A stretch of 32,000 bases of DNA from Thermococcus kodakarensis KOD1 (GTDB taxonomy: Archaea > Methanobacteriota_B > Thermococci > Thermococcales > Thermococcaceae). The stretch lies in the NCBI RefSeq assembly GCF_000009965.1, contig NC_006624.1, forward strand, positions 1,980,001 to 2,012,000. The letters run 5' to 3'. Below the pieces are notes generated by a model. The model ran no database searches. It saw only the letters and a list, made by a program, of their open reading frames with translations, and had not been told where the DNA came from. Both the position numbers and the translations under genes were made by a program. Shown here in pieces: positions 1 to 8,247 of this stretch. Position 1 is the stretch's first letter; each line of letters starts with the position of its first letter.

Positions 1-307
1 TTATCTCGTCGGGTATCTCGACGTTGAACTTCTCGATTATCTTGTAGTCCTTCACGATGTTCACAGTCGCCATCGGGGCTATGAGGGCTATTTTGTTCAC
101 CTCTTCCTCGCTCAGGTACCTCCCCTCAACCTTGACGATGTCCTTTCTTCCGAGCTTCTTGCTGGGAACGTTCGATGCTATAAGGAGCGTTCCTCCGTTC
201 GGCTTTGTCAGCCCGAGAATCTCGATGACCTTGAGCCACTTGCCCGCTGGAATGTGGTCTATAACGGTTCCCTCGGGGATTACCTCTATCTTAAGGTTCT
301 CTGGCAT
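1..307 (-). CDS. pyrI: Aspartate carbamoyltransferase regulatory subunit PyrI, partial. The N-terminal ~102 aa are visible and the gene runs off the left edge.
   Basis: My translation of the minus strand from the ATG at 307-305 gives MPENLKIEVIPEGTVIDHIPAGKWLKVIEILGLTKPNGGTLLIASNVPSKKLGRKDIVKVEGRYLSEEEVNKIALIAPMATVNIVKDYKIIEKFNVEIPDEI. This is a typical archaeal PyrI allosteric domain. It starts 3 nt after the pyrB stop, the classic pyrB-pyrI order. It is missing from the ORF track because there is no stop codon inside the window. Confidence 0.85.
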   Translation of the reverse strand, partial: MPENLKIEVIPEGTVIDHIPAGKWLKVIEILGLTKPNGGTLLIASNVPSKKLGRKDIVKVEGRYLSEEEVNKIALIAPMATVNIVKDYKIIEKFNVEIPDEI

Positions 308-310
308 TTT

Positions 311-1276
<966 letters not shown>

Positions 1277-1359
1277 TTAAAGCTTTTTTGACATACACCT
1301 GACGACAATAACGATTTAAACTTGATGCAGTTGAATAACCTGGTTGTAGGGTGAGAGCT

Positions 1360-2262
1360 ATGAGGGTTCCAAGCGTCTATATAGCGGAGGAGCTTATGCC
1401 TTACCTTCGTGCGAGAGTTTCAAAAATCCTGTACTCTAAGGGCTTTACTCAGGCTCAGATAGCGGCCTGGCTTGGAACGACTCAGGCGATGGTGAGCAAG
1501 TACCTTTCTGGCAAAGTCAAAGCACCTCCGCGCGAAGTTGAAGAACTTCTCAATGTGCTTGCCGAGGAGATTGCCAGACTGATAGAGGAGGGTGCGGTGA
1601 AGGAGGAGCTTATCCTGTTCACAACGAGACGCATCATCGGCCTCTTCAGGGATAAAACGTTCTGCGAGCACTACTCCCGCTACGCTGGAGTCAGCACCGA
1701 AGTGTGCTCCCAGTTCTTCTCCTCAACGCCAGAAAAGGACGTCCTCTCCGAGCTGGGGATTGCATTGAGGGAGCTCCTTGCCCTTGAAGGGTTCGGCGAT
1801 CTCATCCCCGAAGTCAGGAGCAACTTTGCCTACGCCCTTCCTGGAGCTAAGAATCCCTCGGACGTCGCCTCAGTACCAGGGAGAATAACACTAGTCAAGG
1901 GCAGACCATTCGCTCTTCCACCCGAGTTTGGGGCGAGCAAGTTCACTGCAGGACTTCTCCTTGAGGTTATGAAGCGCAGACCTGGGATCAGGAGCGTTAT
2001 AAACATCCGCTACGGAAAAAATGTGGAAAGGGCCCTGAAAATGGTGAGATTCAAGACAGCAAAGGTAAAGACAGGCGGTATGAATGAGGGAGATGCCATG
2101 AGGGCCATTGCCGCTCCCTTCGAAAAGGGAGTTTACGACGCCATCATAGATGAAGGAGGAGAAGGCGTTGAGCCGCTCGTTTACATCTTTGGGGGGACTC
2201 CTTTTGAGGTGCTGAGAAAGGTCGAGAAACTAATTGAGGTTCTCAGAGGTGATGTTTCATGA
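1360..2262 (+). CDS. HTH (XRE-like) domain fused to a ThiN-type thiamine-phosphate-synthase-like domain. It is either a ThiN enzyme or a ThiR-like thiamine regulator.
   Basis: The N-terminus GFTQAQIAAWLGTTQAMVSKYLSGK is a canonical helix-turn-helix. The C-terminal ~200 aa resemble the COG1992/ThiN fold as I recall it. ATG 1360 is preferred over GTG 1351 because GGTGA sits 6-7 nt upstream. An ATTTAAAC TATA-like box lies at 1313-1320. Confidence 0.7.
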   Translation: MRVPSVYIAEELMPYLRARVSKILYSKGFTQAQIAAWLGTTQAMVSKYLSGKVKAPPREVEELLNVLAEEIARLIEEGAVKEELILFTTRRIIGLFRDKTFCEHYSRYAGVSTEVCSQFFSSTPEKDVLSELGIALRELLALEGFGDLIPEVRSNFAYALPGAKNPSDVASVPGRITLVKGRPFALPPEFGASKFTAGLLLEVMKRRPGIRSVINIRYGKNVERALKMVRFKTAKVKTGGMNEGDAMRAIAAPFEKGVYDAIIDEGGEGVEPLVYIFGGTPFEVLRKVEKLIEVLRGDVS

Positions 2263-2672
2263 AGGTCTTTACAAGGGAACTGCGCTTTTCAACGGAAGGT
2301 GAGATAGACCTGGTGGACATAACCCATGAAGTCGAGAGGATCGTGGAAGAGAGCGGGGTTCAGAACGGCCAGGTTCTCGTCTTCGTGCCCGGAGCCACGG
2401 GGGCTATAATCACGATCGAGCACGAGAGCGGCCTCCTGGAGGACTTCAAGAGGGCTCTGAAGGAGCTGATCCCGAAGGGTGCGGGCTACCTTCACGACAG
2501 GATAGACGACAACGCCCACAGCCACCTGAGGGCGAGCCTGCTCGGTGCGAGCGAGTGCTTCCCAGTGGTGGATGGAAGGCTGGTAAGGGGGACGTGGCAG
2601 CAGATATTCTTCGTCGAGCTCGACGTGAGGCCGAGGCACAGGCGCGTTGTGGTGCAGGTTATTGGGGAGTAG
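2259..2672 (+). CDS. YjbQ/UPF0047 family protein (so-called secondary thiamine-phosphate synthase enzyme)
   Basis: The 137-aa ORF has the family-typical C-terminal pattern NAHSHLRASLLGAS...VDGRLVRGTWQQIFFVELD..RPRHRRVVVQVIGE. Its ATG overlaps the upstream stop (ATGA at 2259-2262). Confidence 0.85.
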   Translation: MKVFTRELRFSTEGEIDLVDITHEVERIVEESGVQNGQVLVFVPGATGAIITIEHESGLLEDFKRALKELIPKGAGYLHDRIDDNAHSHLRASLLGASECFPVVDGRLVRGTWQQIFFVELDVRPRHRRVVVQVIGE

Positions 2673-2678
2673 CTTAAC

Positions 2679-2743
2679 TTTATAAAATCTTGAGAACTTT
2701 CAGTTCTCACTCATTTATAAACCCTGAGAAGCCCAAGTTCTCA
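2679..2743. promoter_or_regulatory. Two tandem modules, each a TATA-like box followed by the inverted repeat TGAGAAC/GTTCTCA
   Basis: Module 1 is TTTATAAAA-tct-TGAGAACT-ttc-AGTTCTCA (a perfect 8-bp stem at 2691-2709). Module 2 is TTTATAAA-ccc-TGAGAAG-ccca-AGTTCTCA (2714-2743). The period is ~35 bp. They lie just after the yjbQ stop, in a 265-bp convergent spacer. Confidence 0.4.
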
Positions 2744-2937
2744 CACGCCCCACAAGAATAAAGGGGGTACTAACCCGCCCAAGTTCATCGGCTCCGCCTT
2801 CGGCGGCACTCCCCGGGCAGAAGGAGTTGGACGTTTTTGGATAAAAGGTTTTGGGTGGACAGCAAAGCGCCCGAAAGTGAAGGTGACATATAAAAGCCCA
2901 TCAGGAGGAGAGGTTTTGAAAAATCCTGGAAAATGAA

Positions 2938-3690
2938 CTAAAACTCCATCATGCTCTTGAAGAGCCCCTTCAGGTCGGTAGGGGAGCCTCCCGTGAGGAA
3001 GTCTATGAACCTCGCCCCACCCTCGTAGAACAATGTTCGATCCCAGGGCTTTTCGAGGCCGTAGTGGTTCTCTGGCAGTCCGAGCCTCCTGAGTATCCTG
3101 TTCTCTATGAACCTCGCCAGTCCTTCCTTCCACTCCTGCCAGACCATGTATTCGTACTCCTTCTTTGTTAGGTGCTCTCTGAGCTCTCTGCGGCTCTTCT
3201 TTACGCCCTCAGCGTCTCCCCTTTCGAGAGCCGAGAGAAATTCGGCGTAGGCCCTTTGGAACTCCCCCTTCTCATAGGGGAACGGATAGTTCAGCTCCCA
3301 GGAGTAGTTGCCTTTGGCCTGCTCCTCCAGGAACACTTCGAGCGACTTTTTAAGCTCGAGCTCGCAGCACTCGAACTGATAGCAGTGCACGAACTCGTGG
3401 AATATTGAAACGTAGCCTCTCAGGGACTCAAAGACGTCATCAGAGACAACGCAGGCCATTTTGTAGTCGTACTCTTCAACGGGAAAAGCGGCTCTGATGC
3501 CTTCTGGCAGGGGAGTTTTGGATTTGGCTGTCTTTACGAGATTGTAGGTCTGCTTGGATTCGTCCGGCTCAAAAATCCACAGTTCGTCGCCCTTTACGAC
3601 CACGATCGGATAGACCTTCTTTAAAATTGGATGGATGTCCGATATTTCCCTCTGGACTTCAAATACCTTCTTCAGTTCGGCAGCATACAT
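2938..3690 (-). CDS. Hypothetical protein with an HExxH motif, a putative MA-clan (Peptidase_MA_2-like) zinc metallopeptidase
   Basis: Motif FHEFVHCYQ, plus a downstream WKEGLARFIE that resembles the W-x-EG-x-A glutamate-ligand motif. The start is trimmed to ATG 3690 (MYAAELKK...) because GGTGGT lies 6 nt upstream and the longer ORF would overlap the preceding gene. Confidence 0.6.
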   Translation of the reverse strand: MYAAELKKVFEVQREISDIHPILKKVYPIVVVKGDELWIFEPDESKQTYNLVKTAKSKTPLPEGIRAAFPVEEYDYKMACVVSDDVFESLRGYVSIFHEFVHCYQFECCELELKKSLEVFLEEQAKGNYSWELNYPFPYEKGEFQRAYAEFLSALERGDAEGVKKSRRELREHLTKKEYEYMVWQEWKEGLARFIENRILRRLGLPENHYGLEKPWDRTLFYEGGARFIDFLTGGSPTDLKGLFKSMMEF

Positions 3691-3733
3691 TAAGCTACCA
3701 CCGAATATAAGAAAGAAAAGGGGCTTAAAAAGT

Positions 3734-5080
3734 TCACTTCTTGAGCTTCTCGCAGTTCTTGGCCCACTCCTCAAGGACCTCCTTGAGCTTGGGCTGGCCG
3801 ATCTCCTCGAGCTCGTACTTAACCCTAACAGCCGGCTTGTTGAGGTTCATGAACCTGCGGAGGTCAACTGGAGTGCCCATGATGACGACGTCGGCATCGG
3901 CGCGGTTGATGGTCTCTTCAAGCTCCTTGATCTGCTTCTTGCCGTAGCCCATAGCGGGGAGTATAACGTCGAGGTGCGGGTACTTCTTGTAGGTCTCGAT
4001 GATAGAGCCGACGGCGTAGGGCCTCGGGTCGATGATCTCAGCGGCTCCGAACTTCTTGGCGGCAACGTAGCCCGCTCCGTACTTCATGCCGCCGTGGGTG
4101 AGGGTCGGACCGTCTTCTACAACCAGAACGCGCTTGCCCTTGATGAGCTCGGGCTTGTCAACGAAGATCGGTGAAGCAGCCTCGATGACGGTCGCGTTCG
4201 GGTTGACCTTCTCAATGCTCTCGCGAACCTTCTGGATGTCGTCGCGGTTGGCGGTGTCTATCTTGTTGATGATTATGACGTCGGCCGCCCTGAAGTTGGT
4301 CTCACCTGGGTGGTACTTGAGCTCGTGGCCGGGCCTGTGCGGGTCGGTAACGACTATCCAGAGGTCCGGCTCGTAGAACGGGAAGTCGTTGTTTCCGCCG
4401 TCCCAGAGGATTATGTCGGCTTCCTTCTCGGCCTCTCTCAGTATCTTCTCGTAGTCAACGCCCGCGTAGACGACCATGCCGCGCTCGATGTACGGCTCGT
4501 ACTCCTCCCTCTCCTCGATGGTGCACTCGTACTTGTCAAGGTCCTCAAAGGTCGCAAAGCGCTGAACGACCTGCTTCCTGAGGTCGCCGTAGGGCATCGG
4601 GTGTCTGATTGCCACAACCTTGTAGCCCATCTCTTGGAGGAGCTGGGCGACCTTCCTTGAGGTCTGGCTCTTTCCACAGCCGGTTCTTACGGCGGTAACC
4701 GCTACGACGGGCTTGCTTGACTTGAGCATGGTGCTCTTCGGCCCGAGGAGCCAGAAGTCGGCTCCGGCTGAGTGAGCCCTGCTGGCGAGGTGCATTACGT
4801 GCTCGTGGGAGACGTCGGAGTAAGCGAACACGACGACGTCAATGTCGTGCTCCTTGATGATCTTCTCCATGTCGTCCTCGCTCCAGATGGGAATTCCGTT
4901 CGGGTAGAGCTCACCGGCGAGCTCGGGCGGGTAAATCCTGCCCTCGATGTCGGGAATCTGGGTGGCGGTGAAAGCGACTACCTCGTACTCGGGGTTGTCC
5001 CTGAAGAACACGTTGAAGTTGTGGAAGTCCCTTCCGGCGGCGCCCAAAATCAGAACCCTCTTCTTTTTCTTCTCTGCCAT
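3734..5080 (-). CDS. COG2403-family P-loop protein (predicted GTPase / cyclic 2,3-diphosphoglycerate synthetase-like)
   Basis: About 448 aa. Walker A is VRTGCGKSQTS and a Walker B-like stretch is ADIILWDGGNND. Overall architecture matches the cDPG-synthetase/COG2403 family as I remember it. ATG 5080 is preferred because GAGGTG sits 6 nt upstream; ATG 5086 and GTG 5089 are adjacent alternatives. Confidence 0.7.
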   Translation of the reverse strand: MAEKKKKRVLILGAAGRDFHNFNVFFRDNPEYEVVAFTATQIPDIEGRIYPPELAGELYPNGIPIWSEDDMEKIIKEHDIDVVVFAYSDVSHEHVMHLASRAHSAGADFWLLGPKSTMLKSSKPVVAVTAVRTGCGKSQTSRKVAQLLQEMGYKVVAIRHPMPYGDLRKQVVQRFATFEDLDKYECTIEEREEYEPYIERGMVVYAGVDYEKILREAEKEADIILWDGGNNDFPFYEPDLWIVVTDPHRPGHELKYHPGETNFRAADVIIINKIDTANRDDIQKVRESIEKVNPNATVIEAASPIFVDKPELIKGKRVLVVEDGPTLTHGGMKYGAGYVAAKKFGAAEIIDPRPYAVGSIIETYKKYPHLDVILPAMGYGKKQIKELEETINRADADVVIMGTPVDLRRFMNLNKPAVRVKYELEEIGQPKLKEVLEEWAKNCEKLKK

Positions 5081-5315
5081 AGGCATCACCTCAAAATTTC
5101 CGTTTTGGCGCTAGTGTATTGTTTTTGGCATTTATAACAGTTTTTGTTTACCGGTGTAAGCGTTCTGTGAGGGTTTTTCGATGTGGGCATTGATGATGTG
5201 AAGACTTTTCGCGAAACGGTGAACAAGAACTGGAGGCGGCTTGGTGGGGCCGCACTTGAGGTAGATTAATAAGCCCCGTGGACTATTGGGTATAGTAAAA
5301 AATGAGGTGAGTGCA

Positions 5316-6887
5316 ATGAAGGGAGTGCGCGATTATTCCGCGTTGGCGATTGCTTTGGCAGTTCTTCTCCTGGGCTGGTTCTTCAGACCATGGTTCCACG
5401 GGCTCGTGATGGGCTTCTACAGGAATCCTGCGCTACTCTACATGTTCCTCGCCCTGGGGGCGTTAATGGCTGTCAAACCAAAGCGCTACATCCTGGGGAA
5501 AAACTACACGCTTCCGCTGATCCTCGGCGGGCTGTTCATCCTTTCGATAGTGGCTCTAATTCTCTCGTCTCCCTTCGCCAATACGGACTTGTACAAGGAG
5601 TACCATCCGTCGCTCGTAACGGGAGAGCTCAATCTCTCCACGAGCTACATTAGAATCCTTCCCAAATTTACCGCTTATCGCTACGCCATAGACACGATCG
5701 AGTACGCGCGCTACACCCTCAGCGACGGGCATCTGACGATGCTGAACGGCACCCCTGTGTGGGGCTTCTACATAGTTCCCGACGGCGCCTGGAACTCTAT
5801 CAGGCTCAAGGATAAGGGCGTCCTGTTCGTGGATATGGGCACGACTCAGGCCAAGATGCAGCGCATCGAGGAAGAACTTCAGGTCGGCCCGGGGATGCAG
5901 TTCTTTGACAACCTGAACTGGGTTCTCTACAAGAAGCACTACCTCGTTGACCTAGACCTTCCGAGGGCCCTGCACTACAACGGGAAACTCTACATAGTCG
6001 TCCCTTACATCTCCTACGACTTCAAAGTTTTCTACACGGTTCCAAAGTGGGGCGGCGTCTTCATCGTTGATGAGGACGGCAACGTTGAGGATCTAAGTCC
6101 TGAAGAAGCCATCAAGGACGAGCGTCTCAAGGACTTCCCTATCTTTCCTGAAAACCTTGTTAGGGACGTTGTGGAGGCTCAGAACTACTGGAAGGATAGC
6201 GTCTTCGCCAACATAAAGAACCTCTGGCCCCACCACGAGAACCAGATAGAGCTCATCGATGTCAGCAACCAGGGGAACAGACAGCCTTTTTTGGTTGTGG
6301 CCACCGATGGGGGGAAGTACTGGATGACGGCAGTTGAACCCTACGGAAAGGCCCACGGTTTGGCTGCAATCTACCTTATGAATGCCCGTACGGGCGAGAT
6401 GAGCCAGGTCAAGTTTGAAACTCCCCTGACGGGCCCAGTGAAGGCAATAGACTACGTGAAGAAGGCCCTTCCGACCTTTGACTGGAGTCAGTTCATGGCC
6501 GTTGAGCCGATACCCGTTTTCATCGACGGGACGCTCTGGTGGCGCGTGGCGATCATTCCGCGGAGCGGCTCGGGCGTTGCCAAGATAGCTTTCGTCAACG
6601 CGGAGACCAAGGAGGTAAAGATATTCGAAGACGAGAGGGAAGTTAAGGAGTTCCTTCTCCGGGGAGAGGTCGTTCAGGCGGAGGAAATAACCGGCGAAGT
6701 AAAGGCCCTCTACTCATACATCAAGGACGGCAACACCCACTGGATACTTGTAGTTGGCAACAGGACGCTCTACATAAGCGCGGCTGACCTGAGCGAAGAG
6801 CTTATCCTCAAGCTGCTGTCCATTAAGCAGGGGGACAACGTCACGGTGGTCATAAGCGAGGGCAGGATTGTAGACATAAAGCGCTGA
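5316..6887 (+). CDS. Conserved-looking hypothetical membrane protein with ~3 N-terminal TM helices and a large soluble or extracytoplasmic domain. Family not recognised.
   Basis: Hydrophobic segments are ALAIALAVLLLGWFF, ALLYMFLALGALMAV and LPLILGGLFILSIVALIL, followed by ~430 aa of non-hydrophobic sequence with host-like codon usage. ATG 5316 has GAGGTGA 6 nt upstream. Confidence 0.6.
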   Translation: MKGVRDYSALAIALAVLLLGWFFRPWFHGLVMGFYRNPALLYMFLALGALMAVKPKRYILGKNYTLPLILGGLFILSIVALILSSPFANTDLYKEYHPSLVTGELNLSTSYIRILPKFTAYRYAIDTIEYARYTLSDGHLTMLNGTPVWGFYIVPDGAWNSIRLKDKGVLFVDMGTTQAKMQRIEEELQVGPGMQFFDNLNWVLYKKHYLVDLDLPRALHYNGKLYIVVPYISYDFKVFYTVPKWGGVFIVDEDGNVEDLSPEEAIKDERLKDFPIFPENLVRDVVEAQNYWKDSVFANIKNLWPHHENQIELIDVSNQGNRQPFLVVATDGGKYWMTAVEPYGKAHGLAAIYLMNARTGEMSQVKFETPLTGPVKAIDYVKKALPTFDWSQFMAVEPIPVFIDGTLWWRVAIIPRSGSGVAKIAFVNAETKEVKIFEDEREVKEFLLRGEVVQAEEITGEVKALYSYIKDGNTHWILVVGNRTLYISAADLSEELILKLLSIKQGDNVTVVISEGRIVDIKR

Positions 6888-6899
6888 GGGAGTTTTGCT

Positions 6900-8162
6900 T
6901 TATGCTTTTTTCTGTCTCTTTTCAAGTAAAAACTTATACAGCGGAACTACTTTGACTTCTTTACCCCTTTCCTCTATTCTGTCCTCGGTATCCATCGTTA
7001 CAAGGATTAAATCATCGCATTTGAGCTTTTTCCCTGCTTTAACGAGGCTCAAAACTTCCCTCTCGTAGTTTGAGGCGTTGAGCTCGTAGGTTACCTGTAT
7101 CAGTTTTTTTACGACGTTTCCTTCCCTCACGACAAAGTCAACTTCGCTCTCTCCGTCGGAATAGTACGAAAGGTCAATCATCGGGTTGAAGTAGCTCTTT
7201 TCTCTCAGGAGTTCGAGGAAAACCATGTTTTCGATTTTTCTGCCGGCGTCTTCCCCCTTAAAGAACAGATTCGTGAATGAAGTGTCCACAAGATAAAGTT
7301 TCCTCGGGTTCACGAGCGTCTTTCTGTGGGAGGGACTGAAGAGGGGGAGCTGGAATATCAGGAAGGCGCTCTCCATGGCGCTGAGATAGTTTATCAGGGT
7401 CTTCACATTTAGCTCCAGTCCTAGGGCCTTCAGGCTCCTCTGGAGTGAGCGGTATGTGAAATAGCTACCGTAAAGAGACAGGGCGTGGTAAAAGACCTCC
7501 TTGAACTCCCCGACGTCCCGGAAGGAAAACCTTTCGATTATGTCCCTGTAAAGAACCGTTTCCAGGATTGAGATGACCTTTTCCCTAGACCTGGTCTTCC
7601 AAACCTCAGGAAAGCCCCCCCATTTCAGGTAGTCCTGCAAAAGGGCTTTCAGCCTTCCTCTCTCCCTGAACGTATCAGCTTTGGTGGTTCCGGTAATCTC
7701 TCTAAAAGACAGGGGAAGTACGAACCGTGAGAGGTGCCTTCCCCTAAGCCTCGTGGGTATCTCAGAGGAGAGGAGTGCTGACGAGGAGCCTGAGACGTAT
7801 ACGTCAAAGTCTTTAACGTCGTGGAGCCAGCGGAGCTTTCTGTCCCAGTCCCCCCACTCCTGAACTTCGTCGAGAAACAGGGTGACCTTTCCGCTTGGAT
7901 ACTCCTTCCTGACTTCTTCGGCGAGCTCTCTCGCCTCCATTCTTGCCAGCTCGGGCTCGTCGAGCGGAAGGTAGAGAACGTTCTCACCGTTTTCCAGCAT
8001 ATTCTTTGCCTTTTTCAGCATGAGGAAAGTTTTTCCAACCCTCCTGGGTCCGATTATGGCCTTTATGTCGCTTCCATGCGGCATTTCAACTTCCCGCACG
8101 ATCTCCTCAACGTAATCAAGGGCACCTATGTACTCAAGGGTTATCTCCTTCAGCCCAACCAT
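6900..8162 (-). CDS. AAA+ superfamily ATPase of the COG1373 type, with a C-terminal DUF4143 / PD-(D/E)xK-like module
   Basis: Walker A GPRRVGKTF and Walker B LFLDEVQ. The C-terminal ESEVDFVV...LIQVTY resembles a restriction-endonuclease-like core. It is a paralogue of the gene at 30062-31378. The start is trimmed to ATG 8162 (MVGLKEITL...), with TTTAAATA ~23 nt upstream, suggesting a leaderless mRNA. The region is visibly AT-richer than its neighbours. Confidence 0.8.
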   Translation of the reverse strand: MVGLKEITLEYIGALDYVEEIVREVEMPHGSDIKAIIGPRRVGKTFLMLKKAKNMLENGENVLYLPLDEPELARMEARELAEEVRKEYPSGKVTLFLDEVQEWGDWDRKLRWLHDVKDFDVYVSGSSSALLSSEIPTRLRGRHLSRFVLPLSFREITGTTKADTFRERGRLKALLQDYLKWGGFPEVWKTRSREKVISILETVLYRDIIERFSFRDVGEFKEVFYHALSLYGSYFTYRSLQRSLKALGLELNVKTLINYLSAMESAFLIFQLPLFSPSHRKTLVNPRKLYLVDTSFTNLFFKGEDAGRKIENMVFLELLREKSYFNPMIDLSYYSDGESEVDFVVREGNVVKKLIQVTYELNASNYEREVLSLVKAGKKLKCDDLILVTMDTEDRIEERGKEVKVVPLYKFLLEKRQKKA

Positions 8163-8183
8163 GTGTAAAAATAATGCACGATA

Positions 8184-8215
8184 GTATTTAAAGCTTGTGT
8201 ATTGGAAATACACAA
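8184..8215 (-). promoter_or_regulatory. Putative leaderless promoter (TATA, 8184-8194) flanked upstream by a perfect palindrome, for the COG1373 ATPase gene
   Basis: The palindrome is TTGTGTATT-gga-AATACACAA (8195-8215, 9-bp arms, no mismatch). An extra half-site-like GTGTGTATTT lies at 8228-8237. The minus-strand TATA TTTAAATA is ~23 nt from ATG 8162. Confidence 0.45.
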
Positions 8216-8247
8216 AATAGGGATAAAGTGTGTATTTCAACTACACG

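Noticed and set aside
2741-3133. 130-aa minus-strand ORF spanning the convergent spacer and the 3' end of the HExxH gene
   Set aside because: It has Arg/Pro/Gly-rich junk composition, overlaps a better-supported gene in another frame, and has no ribosome-binding site.
5183-5269. UGAUGA (C-box-like) sequence at 5191-5197 and a 28-codon GTG ORF in the 235-bp divergent intergenic region
   Set aside because: No properly spaced D', C' or D (CUGA) boxes follow, so it is not a credible C/D-box sRNA. The mini-ORF has no ribosome-binding site and is too short to support.
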